A DNA stretch of 49,293 nt from Bigelowiella natans CCMP2755 (taxonomy: Eukaryota > Protista > Cercozoa), in contig ADNK01002381.1 in NCBI GenBank assembly GCA_000320545.1, forward strand, positions 1 through 49,293, read 5' to 3'. A program made the translations under genes and the position numbers. Under the pieces are notes generated by a model. That model was not told where the DNA came from. It did no database searches and worked only from the letters and a program-made list of their open reading frames with translations. Shown here piece by piece: positions 32,946 to 46,797 of this stretch (the stretch's first letter is position 1; each line of letters opens with the position of its first letter).

Positions 32946-35050
32946 GGATCTAAAGCAGTACGCTGCGAGGAACAATCGGCTGGAACGCCAAGCTGTGCGA
33001 TTAGATGGCAATGGAAATGAAGAGATGTGGGATAAGTTTGAAGGTGCGATGGCAGGGTTTATTTAGAGTAGTGGATGTAGATTTAGGATCAGAATTCTCA
33101 CTTGCCTGTTGATCCGAAATTTGGTAGTTATTGAGCCTTCCCCCGGTGTATTTGTTATTAACGCTGTGCGCTACTATTTGTAGAGGAAATGGAGGCAAAT
33201 AAGGAATTATCGAAAGGACTTCTCGCGAGATTGAAGAACCTCCCGGTGGGTTTTTGTTGATCAATTTGAGGAAATCCGGTCTTGTACCCAGCGGCACCTC
33301 TCATCTCACTGTTTTGTTTAACGAATCCCAACATTTCGTAGAACGACCCAAAGAGAGCCGCGATGACGAAAACTTTCAAAAGTGAATATCAAAAATTCCA
33401 GAGAATCGTAAATAAGGTCGGTCCTACATCATTTCGCGAGTGAAAACGAAACCCATCAAATCAGGGCAAAACAGTGTCGATGTCGTGACTCCATGACAAC
33501 ACCCATCTAAGCAACACTTCAATAGGTCCACAAGCGCGGCGGGGGGATGGGGGAGAGCGTCGGCAATGTAGGGTAATATCTATCATTTCCTTGGTGAAAA
33601 CTCTACCCATGATCTGTATCCCCCTGTCTTATTTCTCCCTCCTCCCTCCCGTAATTGCATCTCTTCTCTCTGCATGATCATATCTCTGCCCCTGGTCGCT
33701 ACGAAAACAAGTGTGGATTCCGATCATCCAAGTCAAGAGCAACTGCGGCTCGCAGAAGTGAAGAGGTCGGCTGTGGGCGATAATATACTACTACTGGCAT
33801 GTCAAAAAAAAACCTTCTGTTTTTGAAACAAAACGACGACACGGGTCTTTGCATGTAAGGATGATAAGCACCACCAAAGCAACAACAGCCCACGCATTGC
33901 CGTAGTAGTAGTGGAAGCTGTTGGATTCATTTGTGTGGGCCGATTTAAGTATTGAGCTCCAACGGGTGGTGACTTAGATTCTGAGTGTACTTTACTGCCT
34001 TGTTAGGGACGAGGAGCTTGCTAAAAAACAACAAAAGGTCCAGCCCCCCCCTGCAGCATCAACGCTCGCAACTACAATGCGCACTTCACCGCTGTTTCTT
34101 GTTTGTTGAAGGGATTGAACAGCTCTAGACTGCAAAATGGTGTACACGTGTTATAGGACATATAAAGGAGCAGCTTTGTATTTTAGGTTCAGCAGCTCAA
34201 TCAAGACGTCGCTGACCTCGCCCATATGTTCAAAGATGTTGCGGTAATATGAACAAAAGCGCGAAGGATGGAGAGAGGGGCGGAGCACTTGGAGAGATTG
34301 ACAGAAAAGACAATAATTTAAAAGAAAAGAGCCACCAACTCCCTTCTCTAACACTTTGTCGTTCACTAACGACGTCTCGCTCAGCGTGCTTGGTACAGTA
34401 ATATCTTTTTCTCAACCCTTCTTGATTGTTTGCTGTTGGGTTTCCTCTCCCAGGCTTTGGTAGATCAGCAACAAGACACGGTAGATCAGATCGCCATAAA
34501 CGTGGAGAAGACTAAGGTGATGATGACGATAACGATGATGATGATAAGGATACGCCTTGGTGTTGAGATTAAAATGCCTGCTTTCGCTATGGTCGTTGTG
34601 ATTGCTACGGTCCAAACACTGCTTTGGAAGTGAAAAATGAATAAGATAAAAACTGCGGGGTTCATTTTCTCGACATCGTCGATTTAGGCGAACACCCAAA
34701 ATGCCGCCCAAGAGCTCCACCAAGCTGACGAGTACCTCAATGCGGTCGGTTCGCATCAGAAAAGCAATAGATGCAGCCTCTGCAGTCGTAGTTATATATC
34801 ATGCTGTCATCGGCTGAGCTTGCGTTTTTCTTCTTTGCCTTGTCCTGCAGTATAGCTATTGATTGTCTCGATATGATTGAGTGCATGTTGAACGTTGGCT
34901 ATGGCTTGACTGTGTTGTTTGTGTATTATTATCGCAGGCACGAAAGAGATGGCTCTGTATCGGCATCATACTGGCAATAATTCTCGTCGTTATTGTAAGT
35001 AGAAAAATACAGTGACTGAGAGAAAAACTGGGCGAGGGAGGGGGGCGGGG

Positions 35051-35090
<40 letters not shown>

Positions 35091-35543
35091 GGGAAAGCGA
35101 AGAGAAAGGAAGATAGCAGTCTTTATAGCAACTATTTTCGAGAGATACTACTACTACTACTACTACTACTACTACCATCGGAATGATGATTTGATTTGGC
35201 AAAATTTCTTCCATCATGGATATGGGAACCTCCTTCGTTTTCACATCATCATCCCTTTACATTTCATCTCCATTCCATCGTACTGCTATTATATCATCGT
35301 CACTATTGCTATCATCCATCGTCATCATATTTGGGGGATGATTGGGCTTGAAAACATCATCCGCAACAACAACAACTACTACTACTACTACTACTACTAC
35401 TCTCCCCTGCGACCACACATCTGCTTGCAACTACATTTTTCACGAAACACAACAAAACTGACGTCATCTGCCGCTACGACAACCTCGCTGCCGCCCTGCA
35501 GGGTGTCGCAGTTGGCGTGTCCGTCCAAAACAATAGCAACTGA
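32946..35543 (+). CDS. Syntaxin (Qa-SNARE, Syx7/12/Pep12-like), multi-exon; true start lies upstream and is unresolved
   Basis: Habc-like exons DLKQYAARNNRLERQA, EEMEANKELSKGLLARLKNLP and NDPKRAAMTKTFKSEYQKFQRIVNK. SNARE exons VQQLNQDVADLAHMFKDVA|ALVDQQQDTVDQIAINVEKTK|ANTQNAAQELHQADEYLNA. Tail anchor ARKRWLCIGIILAIILVVI|GVAVGVSVQNNSN*. Confidence 0.9.
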
Positions 35544-36800
35544 TGCGTCCTACTACAGTTGAACCCGCCGTTTGGTCTATTTTTTTGTGATATTATCTTA
35601 CACCCAAGTGATGCATCGCTACACACTTGTCTTTCCGTGTACAATGAGAGCAGATGAATTCTCCCTTACGGGTATTGGATTTGTTGGCCACTTACATAGG
35701 GTATCGTGATATGGGTCGCTGTCGGAAATAACCAAAAGAAGTGATTATAAACTGGTGGATTCTTGACATTGATTCGCCATATCGAGCCCGTCACTAATGC
35801 AAAGTGCTCGAAGCAATAGTAGATCAAACGACCTTTGGAACGACAGTGATAACAATGATACCTGTCTTTATAATATCATAATAATATAACGTAGCCAAGT
35901 CTTTTTTGCATTCAAAATTACATCGATGATTCCCGCGCCACATTCCACCTTCTGAGTTCATGATGAACAGCAATGCCTAGCATCGCATGGCAGTGGTCGA
36001 CGAAATTAATGGGTCAGAGTCTGCAGCTGCTGCACGCACGTGTGTAATCGTCATTAGCTGCATGAGTGTTGCATGCGTCGTAGCGAGTTCTTGCACACGT
36101 ACTCACGTCATTTGTGTCGTCTATGTGTTCTAGCGCATTGCGAGCGCGCGTGCTCGACGTAAAAACACTTGCTTCACAACATCTTTTTTTGCAACTTTAG
36201 ATCCCGTTGTGTAGATGAGCACTTCATAGCCTGCAAAATAAGAAACCGAGGAAAAAATATAAAAAAATCGTTCAGATGGCATTTGCTGTTGCCACTGTGC
36301 GGGCGCATGCATGCTAGCATGGAGACATGCATGGCATGCAAAAAATGCAACTAAAAAACCCAAACCCATGTGTGAGCTACACATGCGCAGCGTGTGAAAT
36401 CATTGAGGTGAGTGAAAAAGAAATTGTCATCATGTCATCATATGTTCATCATGGCAGGCTAGCAGGCGTGTATATAACGTGTATATTATGTAGCATGTAT
36501 TAGCATTATTGATTCGATTCGAACGTATGCCGTCTACAGTCATAAAGAAGAAACGCTTCGTAAAGTGGATTGTGGCAGTGTTCTTGGTGTTGATAATGAG
36601 ACTCGGATAAGCGCATGCTTTGAGCATTGCAGTGCAACGCTTGGCGCTTAATCGCGGTTGCGACACGGTGATGATTTGGTTTTTGGCTTCGTATCTCCAA
36701 AAAAATTCTAATAACGCCAATTCATAGATGGCATTTCCCATGCTTACCATGCACTGCGCATTCGCGTTCATCGACGCCTGCTGGAGAGCCAATAAACTGA

Positions 36801-38028
36801 CTACGTAGCTAGAGGAAGAATTTTCGCCTTAAAAATTGAGAGAAGTTTCGTAAACCAAACGACGCTCAGCGTGTACGCTGCTGCTGACCCAACGAGGTGT
36901 AATCGAGCAACGTTCTTTGGCAATATCTTCTGCGCATTTAGCATCTGGATGGAACCCACACAAATAGGAATAAATAAATGTTAGGAAGGTAGCATTGCAT
37001 ATCGCCCAGCAAGTGCATGGAGCCCAATCTATTTATAGGATACGTAAAATCATGTCCCGCTCCTTCTTCCAAAAAAACAAATAAACCCCCCCCACCTTCT
37101 TCATGGCGAAGTAAAAATTGACGATCCGACAAACGAAGAAGGAGAGCAACAACCCGTACCAATTTCTCTTCACGAGAATAGGATTCGTCTTGTTAAGGCC
37201 AAATCTGCGCATAATATTTCCAATTCTTAAGAAAATGTCAGAGCCTTCTGCAAGATAACCCTGCGTAAGATACGTCCGCATTGCCATTCCTTGTGCTGTT
37301 GATCGAGAGCTCATTAGAGTGGGGACATTTGCAGCGAACTGTAACACGTGGTGAAGTACGCGCTCTCGCCACTGATGCAATCGAGTGTTTTTCTTGAGAA
37401 CGACTTGATGAAAAATGTGCACGAGGTCGGCGAAGAAGAACCTGATTTGAAACAACACGTTTGGTTATTTTATTTCCATGGTCGTTGCTTTCTGAGATGC
37501 ATGGGATGGGTGGATTTCTGACCCGGTTGACATGGTGAGGAAGGCGTCGTTGAATTTGACTACGTTTGAAATCACCATCGTGCCGTGGTTATCTGCATAT
37601 GGTTCGACGGTCTCGAAGTCTATTTTCTTCTCATCAATGAAGCGCCTTGATGTGAATTTAGTCATGAGGAACATGCTTGAGGTGGTAGTGAATGTAGCAT
37701 GGATAAGGTCGAGTACGTCCTCTGACAACGACACGTCGCCATTCAAAAGCCTCATCGTAGATACACCGATCGGTAGCCAGAGACACAAGGCACTCGTGCC
37801 AATGCGAGTAAAAAGTGCACCTGGACTGATAGCAGCACTGCAGCAGCTTGAATCCGGCGGAGAAGACGAAGGAGATCCACGCGGAGGGGAAGGATGGGTA
37901 CGTGGCTGTTGGTTAGGAAGAGGGAGCTCAGAAGGAGATTGGATCTTCTTTCTGTTGACTTTTTGGGTTCTGGAAACAGCGGTAGGTGAATCAACGCCCT
38001 CCCCATCGTCGCCGTGGCCTCCAGCCAT
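36801..38028 (-). CDS. TLC (TRAM/LAG1/CLN8) domain membrane protein, 3 exons
   Basis: LIHATF...STG|FFFADL...VLHHV...YLAEGSDIFL...SFFVCRIVNF...|...LSVVWFTKLL: TLC motifs in the expected order. ATG at 38028, TAG at 36801-36803. Confidence 0.8.
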
Positions 38029-38486
38029 GCTCTGAATCACGAGAGGCTGCGGACACAGGTAAGCACTTCCTAGTGCACGTTGATTTGCGTTGTGCGGTGA
38101 GCAGAGGCCAGTCCTTCCCGATGCTGCAGAGCGCCTGGAGCGAAGGATCGGATAATAAACCAAAGAAAGGTAAAATTACCCTGGAATATACGACTGCGAC
38201 ATGACTGATTTCAGAATTCGATTTCTTTCGGAAGAAGTCTGGCCGGGATTTCACGGTTGCGCCAAAAATTACGATGTTTTCCCGAAAAATCCCGCGCAGA
38301 CGAATCTCGCCTCTCTCCTCTCGGATGCAAAGTTAAAGCGAAGCGAGTGTACGGTTTGGAAATGAAAAAGAGATCCCGATTATTTCATGTCGCAGGAAAT
38401 AATTCCCATGAATTTTCCCCTAATTATCTTGGGATTTCTTTAGTTCTGCTCATCCGAACAAAATACTCCTGCTCTCGGAACCTGGA

Positions 38487-39185
38487 ATGGGGCCCAGAGC
38501 AGCCGGCGGCGTCGTCGTTACTGCGTTTCTGGCCATCGCCCTTGCCCTCACGCAGCCGGTGTCTTTATTTCTTTACAAGGATCAGGCGCTAGAGCTACTG
38601 CGGGGAAAGACCGTGGTGCGTGTCGCCACCATCCTGTCTCCCTGTCACTTCATCTTAGCGTTCTCTCCTCCTCTTGATAGCTTATAACAGGCGCGAGCGC
38701 TGGCATAGGAAGGGCCCTGGCTTTCAGCTACGCAGAGAAAGGGAGCAGCCTTATTCTTGTGGTATCTTGTACAGAATAGAGTTGTGGGGCATGGACGAGA
38801 GGGCCGACGTTGGTGTAGGAAGCACACCGCACAACAATACACATTGTTCCGATAATAAAGGGGCGCCGTTCTGAGGCGCTGAGAAAAGTCGCCGAGACTG
38901 CGATTCAACGTGGCGCTGCAAACGTGCAGGTTGTGGCCTACACTCCCCACACACCTACACCAGACCGTTTCCAACGATTTGACACGATGTTTGTTGACCG
39001 TATTATGTTACATGCAAAGACGATATCGGCCGATCTTGGAACGGATGAAGGGAGGCAGAAGCTGCTTCGAGAGAGTGTCAGCAAAAGGGACAATGGAGAA
39101 GGCACGGGGAAAGGACGTGTGATAGACGTTCTGGTTTTGAACCATATAATTGGTCAAACATTTCGCGAATAGAATATTTATTACT

Positions 39186-39216
<31 letters not shown>

Positions 39217-39404
39217 CGCTCGGATACGTGTGCTTCATCCTTTTCGTGCCCATCATCTTGCAGGATATTGGGGAGACTGGACGAGAGAATTCCAAGAAAA
39301 GGAAGTGTGTACTCTAAGCTCTCCAGAAGCTTACAACTTAAACATATCGAATATAAATCACTTTTTCCGTAAAGCAATTCGAATCCTTCTTCATATGTAA
39401 TGTT

Positions 39405-39466
<62 letters not shown>

Positions 39467-39506
39467 ATATGTGTATACTATGTATATATATATATATATA
39501 TATATA

Positions 39507-39545
<39 letters not shown>

Positions 39546-39965
39546 ATATATATATATATGCATGTCATCATCATCCATACACGTGTGTTTATGGAGATAC
39601 TTCTTGATGTTGATGTACTCGGGGATACACACACAGCGATGGGCGTGCGAGCGCATCTTAATGTGAGCTTCGTGATACAATCACAACAATCGTCCAATAG
39701 ATATTGCGAGCCTTTCCAGAGATGTCGTTTGTTGATAGGATATTGACGGGCAATTAGTAGTTGTTAGTAGCGGAGTGGCCAAGGTAGTTCCAACAACATA
39801 AAGTCCTTCCCAATATTTTCGGATTTTCTTGACTCTAGTTGTGTTCCCTTGCCAGCACGCATGGCAGGAGCTGGCGCGTGTTGTAAATCGATCGATCGAT
39901 CATTAGTGCCCGCACAATTTTTGTTTTTAATTTAGTATTTGTTCTCATGCTTATGACCAAATTAT

Positions 39966-40048
<83 letters not shown>

Positions 40049-40699
40049 ACGCGCAGATTGCGTCTCCTAAGACGGCCCCGTATGCGGCGACGAAAGGCGC
40101 TGTTCAAGTAATATGACAAGCAGCCCATGCATGGAATTCCTGCTGTTTTGATGGGGAAAACATATATAAATAAGTATATACACATGTTTAATAATGCATA
40201 TGTGTATATACTTTTATATGTAATAGAATGAAAAAATACATTATCTTTACCATCGATTGCTGATTCTTCTGCTGAGAAAAGAACCTAGTTTTCTGAGAGA
40301 TTTAAGAGGGGGGACAAAGGGAGAGAGAGAGAGAGAGAGCGAGAGAGAGTAGTGTGTGTGTGGTGTGTGAGTATGAGTTCATCTCCCAATTGACTTTTTC
40401 CGCGACTCTAGGCCTTTTTCGAATCGATTAGACAAGGTAACCGGCCTGCAAAATGCAAACCTCTTACCTACTATGAGTATTCGAGGAATTTCCCTAATTA
40501 GCATCTGCTTCGTTGCGCGTAAGACTGGTGTGTACAACTTGGCTAGATCTGATACTCCGTGGAAGCAACCTATCCATCACGCTGTGTGTCTTGGGGAACG
40601 TCGCATCGGAAAACGCCAAAGCTAACACGAACGGCGCTATAGACCATCTCGGTGAGAAGCACAGCTGCAAGCGCTTACGAGCCCTACCATGCCCTTCGC

Positions 40700-40739
<40 letters not shown>

Positions 40740-40960
40740 CACACGACGTTGTTTCTTGTGACGTTGTGATGGACAACGAAACCTGAGTTCGTGTTTGGTA
40801 TCGCTGGCATGCGTTTTCGCAAGGATGGAGCAGCGTCGACGATGCTGCTCATGTAATCATGGCGGGCGGCGCCCTCAAGCGTCACACAGTTTACTTCCCG
40901 TAAGCCTCACGGAGAAAAGACTTAAATTACATTATATTATGCCATTGGAGAGAAAGGGAG

Positions 40961-41016
<56 letters not shown>

Positions 41017-41301
41017 GGGAAGGGGCATTGAGAATGAGGGTTCTTGAGTTTTAGCAGACCTATTGAAGAATATAATAATTTCACACACACACACACACAC
41101 ACACACGCACGCACACACATTGAAAATAATAATTAGACAATGTATCCCATTTTGTATGTGCATGTAAAGATGTGAAGGTAAAACAAGTACATATTTATCA
41201 GATATACGGAGCTCTCTGCTATGATCTCTCTCCGTGTGGTCGCGCCAACCTTCGCGGATTGGCTTACGCGAGTTGTCATAACGGGCGGGCGGACAAATTA
41301 G
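38487..41301 (+). CDS. Short-chain dehydrogenase/reductase, 11beta-HSD1-like, with N-terminal membrane anchor (multi-exon)
   Basis: LRGKTV|LITGASAGIGRALA (TGxxxGxG), IDVLVLNHI (11beta-HSD-type), GQLVVVSSGVAK, TAPYAATKGA (YxxxK), AFFESIRQ|DL...SITLCVLG, and last exon ...DWLTRVVITGGRTN*. Confidence 0.9.
39406..39560. repeat. Compound intronic microsatellite (CA)n(TA)n...(TA)n(TG)n(TA)n, representative of dozens of intronic SSRs in the window
   Basis: Directly visible. Similar (TA)n, (CA)n, (GA)n, (ATC)n, (CTT)n, (TAC)n and poly-G/C tracts occupy many introns. Confidence 0.95.
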
Positions 41302-42166
41302 ATCTGTTTTGCTGATAACTGCTACATAAATACACACACATTGTGCCTCACGACTCATTGTAAATTGTGATGTGCATAAGATTTACCCCCCTGCTGCTAG
41401 CCTGATCTCGATGAGACTAGCTAGCTAGAAGATGAGCCATGCAGCAAACGATTGATCCCTACACAAATGACGAATTCCACAGCACTAGAGCAGTCTGTGT
41501 AACCCGCAATTCTAGAATTATCTAGCTGTGCTGCGCGGGACGTAACAGACTCTTCACAGTGGCAATTTTGCATGCCGTCATCTAGCTGTTATTCGTAATA
41601 TAGAGGAACGCTGTGCGTGCGCATGGCTAGATCTAGAGATGGGCGTGTTGTACTTCATTATAGCATTTTGGCCTGCAATTGCAATGATATTTCTAGATGT
41701 GATTATGCTGTGCTGCTAGCTAGCTAGGGTAGAAATGTCTAGATGTAAAGGCCGCCGCACTTCTAGACTTTCTAGCAACCTTTACTATTTATTAAAAGGC
41801 ATTGTGTATACTGCATAGACTATATTCATGTCATGTAAATGCATACAAACTGACCTGCACGCTGCACGCAGACGCACACCTCTAGACCTAGACACTTCAT
41901 ATCCCGGTCGGATCGATCATCAGCATGATGACATTAAAAAATTGCAATAAGCTTCATGTCAGGGACGTAAGGCAGCTAGTGGTCTGCCGGTGCATGGCTT
42001 GTCCAGCTGTAGATGTACAGTTTACATGTATGCGCTACATCAGCGGCTCACATCCTTTCTACCTTGACGATTCGCCACCACTGTGTTACTTCCTTACTCT
42101 ACATGTAGCTAACTATCTGGTAGCAAGGGCGCTTGTTACGCCGCTATACTCAAATATGTTTAGCAG

Positions 42167-43919
42167 CTAGCTATACCTCCGAGAGCAGCAGCAGCAGCAG
42201 CAGCTCCAGGGCCCTCCAAAGTGCCACGTCATATACGCCGAAGAAACAACGATGAAAGTTCTTGGTACCACTAGCCCAAGAATGGGAAAGCGCTCCTCAG
42301 AATACAGGTTCCTAAGATTCTCCGAGTACCGCTTATCGCTCCCAATGGCCACCAACGCGGCTGGGAACTGAACAATGAAGCTAATCACCGACGTCACCAC
42401 GAAGAGTAGCCCCGTCAGCCAGACTTTCCGAGTAGATTGCTCCAGCTTCAACACAGTTCTATGGATGGGGTCGGCCATGTGTTTCTTCCTCTGTTTCCCG
42501 TTAATGCTTGCCATAGTCATCGTCGTCAGCGTCGGCGCCTTCTTCTTCTGCTTCTTCTTCTTCTTCTTTTCCGATCGATGTGAATGGTGGTGGTGCTTAC
42601 TAACGTTCCCTGAAACCTCATCCTCCTCCACTCGGGGCGAGGCCGGTCCACTGTCAGTCGTGGTAGTTGTCATCGCTGCTGCCGTCATCATTACTGTTTC
42701 ACTGCTCTTGCTCGTCTGGGTGGGATGGTGATTGCTGACTCGCAACACATGCAGCTGTGAGCTCCTTGAAACATCGTCCGCATTTTCGTCGTACAAGTGC
42801 GACAGGCCTCTCGGTGCCTGGAACACTCTTTTCCCCGCCTGATGTTGCTGCATCTGCAGCAGCTGGTCTCCCTGCTTCTCCTTGATAGGATTGGTCGAAA
42901 GAAGGCGTTTTGAGCCATGCGCATCTGCATGCCGCCGGGGTTGTGACTTCTCTGCGGGGATTATTGCTATGGAATCAGCATTCGAAGCAGGAGCGCCGGC
43001 CGCCGTAAGTCGGGTGGAAAGGGCTGCTGGCGTTCCCGACATGCGTGCACTGGTCCCGATCAACGCTTTCTCCTCTAATGCGATCTGGGCTCTTAGACGA
43101 TGAATATGCTCTCGTAGTTTCGATATGAGAGTGAAAGTGCGTTGTATGCCGAACACTGCGTAGAAAGGCACCGCTGAGCAGCCTACCAGATATTGCGCGG
43201 CCTCGTATCGTAGTTCATCCGTTGCCAAAATCCCTGGGGATACACATGGATCATCGTCACGTGCTATGTAACGTGTGTGGTGAGAAGTGAGTGGAGTGAT
43301 GTGATGGAGATTCTTGGTGGCACGAGTAGGTGTTTGCTACATGTACCAATCATCCCGACTGTAGTACCAAGAACGATATAACCGACAGATATCGTAAAAA
43401 TCCACTCCATATTCTGGTTCAAGCTCGTTGCGATTCGCTCGACTGCGAGAACGCTTTCCGCAACGATTTTGACGACGTAGATGAATAAGAAATTTAGCAT
43501 TGCCTGGCATTCACACAGCATCATATTTTGATCTTAGGTCTAATCAAACTCTTTTGAATGTAAGCAGTAGGTTTTGTCTTACGATTCCGGAGGCGAAGAA
43601 AATCTGGACGAGTTGCCATGGTCCTTGAATGGGGCCTCTAGGAATGACCAGGGAGAAAATGGCTATACCAAATTGAATGAATGCCGTGCTCCTAATAACC
43701 GCACATCATATCAAGGCTATTTCCGTTCGTTTTTGACAGATAAAAGCCAAAGACATGTGACAATCATAGAAAGGACTTTCCGTACCCGAGAATCACTTTG
43801 ACAGGCACGGAGGTGGAGGGGTTGGTGAAGGCCACTTTCATCCTCGAAAGCGTTAAGGCGAACAGCAGAATACCCGCCACGAAGACGCTCACATCGAAGG
43901 AAAATCCGGGGGCGAGCAT
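42167..43919 (-). CDS. Seven-transmembrane, GPCR-like protein with very large TM5-TM6 loop and C-terminal poly-Cys (4 exons)
   Basis: The spliced product has 7 hydrophobic segments (VSVFVAGILLFALTL; VILGSTAFIQFGIAIFSLVI; IFFASGIAMLNFLFIYVV; WIFTISVGYIVLGTTVGMIGIL; YLVGCSAVPFYAVFGI; VWLTGLLFVVTSVISFIVQF; ILGLVVPRTFIVVSSAYM) and ends WSCCCCCCSRRYS*. No family signature recognised. Confidence 0.7.
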
Positions 43920-44298
43920 TATCACAACGAGTGCACCCCTCCTTTCCTAACTCAAAAAACAGCTTGCCTCTCAATGCTTGTACTTGCTGCGCACACGAGC
44001 TGCGGCGCAGAAATTGGGTTTCGAGGCAACGACAGAAACAAAGGAGATTTTTTAAAAATATATTCTGTTTTTCCATGTCGCAAAGGACTGAATCGCACGT
44101 CTACACTGAAGATCGGTTACCTGTGAGAAAATACGGTACATCTCCCTACACACACAGCATTCTCGTTGTGCGACAACCCGCCATTGTTGTCGCACAATAA
44201 AATCGTGTGATTGCCACGTAGAAGTCCCAGATCTTACTTAAATCGCCCCGCCCCGTTCCCTGTAGATCCCAGTAGCTGTTTCTGCTAACAAGACTACC

Positions 44299-46270
44299 AT
44301 GAGCTTCAAGGCAGTAAAGGCAGCGGCTACCAACTCTGCACTATTAAGAGACAAGGCCCGTCGCACGGCCGATGCCAGAGCGGGGAAAGCGGAACAAGAC
44401 CAAGAAATTAAGGTTCCATGTGTCAAACATAGCTCGGACTCCGACAGTGTTCTGATTGAGTTCGCTACGCCTTTATCATAGGATGCGAAAGTAAATGCTG
44501 ATGACTTGGAGGAAGAGCACGGTCCCTCTTGAATCACGCATAACTCTTAAAATCCTTTGTCTAATTCACCACATCGACCATTCTGAACAGCAAAGAGAGG
44601 CAATAATACCAACAGCTGGGTCGGCCCGAAATATGTGGTACGGCACATTATGTTTTCGGCTTGTTTTTCGACCACCTAATGAACATCTTTTCGATGACTA
44701 CAGCGACACTTCATCAAGCAGGGCCTCAATCCATACGACGGTATTCGGAGCATCTTTTCCCAAACCAAATATCGATGATGAGTTAGTTATTGCCTCTTTA
44801 TTGTGCATCGTCCACACTGTTATAGGTGAAAGTCTGCCCAAAGTCGAAGTCGCGGTGAAGATTTATAGTATCAGGTATGCCACGTCCGAAGATCGCACAT
44901 TCTGCTTTGTTGCTTTGCCTGCTCAGAGCTGCTCCCAAACTGTGTAGGAACGTTGACATGACACACGGCACGTTTGATTTGGACTTCAACTTGATGATGG
45001 TAGCAGAACGAACCCATATCGAGATGAAATATTTCTTTTATAAGTTGTGATTCATTACTTCGTTACAAATATAAGGATTGGCTGGACCCTACACTGGAAG
45101 GCCGCACGGGTTGGTGGTGGATATCCTGCGACAACACATTTTGCACAAAAATAACTCAGCGCTTCATATTGAAATCATAGTTTATCGGCCACCTTTGAGA
45201 TGGCACTTCGGCCCACTATAATTTACTTTTGCATTATTTCTCTCGATTGGGTAGTGATGGACGATTCTATGGACTGGGACGACTACTTCGTCCCTGCAGG
45301 TAGCATTTGAGCGCAAAGAACACTTGGGGAGCGATGTATTTGACCCGTGTCATCATGCCTCGCCGATAATGCGCTGAGCGCTCTATTCACGCAGTCTTCG
45401 TCGAGAATGCTCTCCAAGTTGAGCTGGTGGGGGGAGAGTCCAAGCCACGGTAATCATAGTCGAAGAGCCGGCAGACTGTTGCCTGCGATGATGGACATAC
45501 ATGCACCTGATCTGAGTTCATCTCACTGTTATCAACTCTCTTTGCAGCTTGCGCGGAGACCCAAATCACGTCATCCACACGCAAAGGTGACTCCGGCAAC
45601 GAATCGCTCCCCAAACATGCCTGTGTAGAGGATCTTTGAGATGAGCACATCGACCACGAAACCAGAGAGAGGATTACCAGCATAAAATAGAGCGAAATTA
45701 AGTTTTTGTTCCAAAATGCCAGGGGATTCTCTCATTATGTTGGGGACACATACTACCGAAGATTACACCACACACGTCACATATATTCACCCGCCAACCG
45801 CCTCTCAATCGTGCTGAAAACATGAACGCGTATGAGTTGACGATGTCAACGGGCCGCCTCGATTTTGGACCTAAATTGCCGTCTGATAACAGAATGAGAG
45901 CCACACTTCGCAACAAGTATCAAGTGAAGAATTTTCCATTAGACACACAGTAAGAAGACACTAAGTACTTTCAGAGACACACCATGTTTCCACTCGCAAG
46001 CAAAGGTGAATGAGTTGTTTCCTCCCTCTTCTCATGCGCCATATCCCCCCCCCCCCCCCCCCCCCCCCTCAATCCGCCTCCCTTGTCCCCTAGATACCTC
46101 ACAATAAAATTCAAGGCCAGAACTGTCTCCAACGGGCGTAAATGGGAGAACGGCCTCACGTAATGTCGAGCTTATTCTAAAAAACACGGATTCGGCATAT
46201 TTGGCCGTTTGTGAGCCTATTTCGTCTGAAACCATTGAATTGTAAAAAACGATCTTGATACATACGAACT

Positions 46271-46347
<77 letters not shown>

Positions 46348-46382
46348 AGCTTTTAATAATATTCATCATCCTAAGGTCCAAC

Positions 46383-46422
<40 letters not shown>

Positions 46423-46765
46423 AGCTTTTAATAATATTCATCATCCTAAGGTCCAACACGGCTACCGTGTGGCTGTGTGATCCATACACGTGGAGAGGCA
46501 AGTCAGGGCACCAGGTAGTACTCCTTGAAAGTTCTTTTAAGTTGATGAGGGCCTTCCTCCTTGCAGCTACATTCATACACGCGCACATTCTAAACCGATG
46601 CGCCAACGTTTTAGGTTGCTGAAGATGCGGACGAGCTCCCAGGTGACCGTTGTATTTGTAAATGTACAGTAGAGCTTCAAACACTCAAAAGTCTGTCGTC
46701 GGCAAATCGTTGTCCTGCGAAAGAACATTAACTTTTACTGAGTGGTGAGCGATTATAGCCCGGTA

Positions 46766-46797
<32 letters not shown>

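Noticed and set aside
44495-44947. 150-aa ORF as an independent gene
   Set aside because: It is mostly intron read-through. Only the GESLPKVEVAVKIYSIR segment is an exon of the pLGIC gene.
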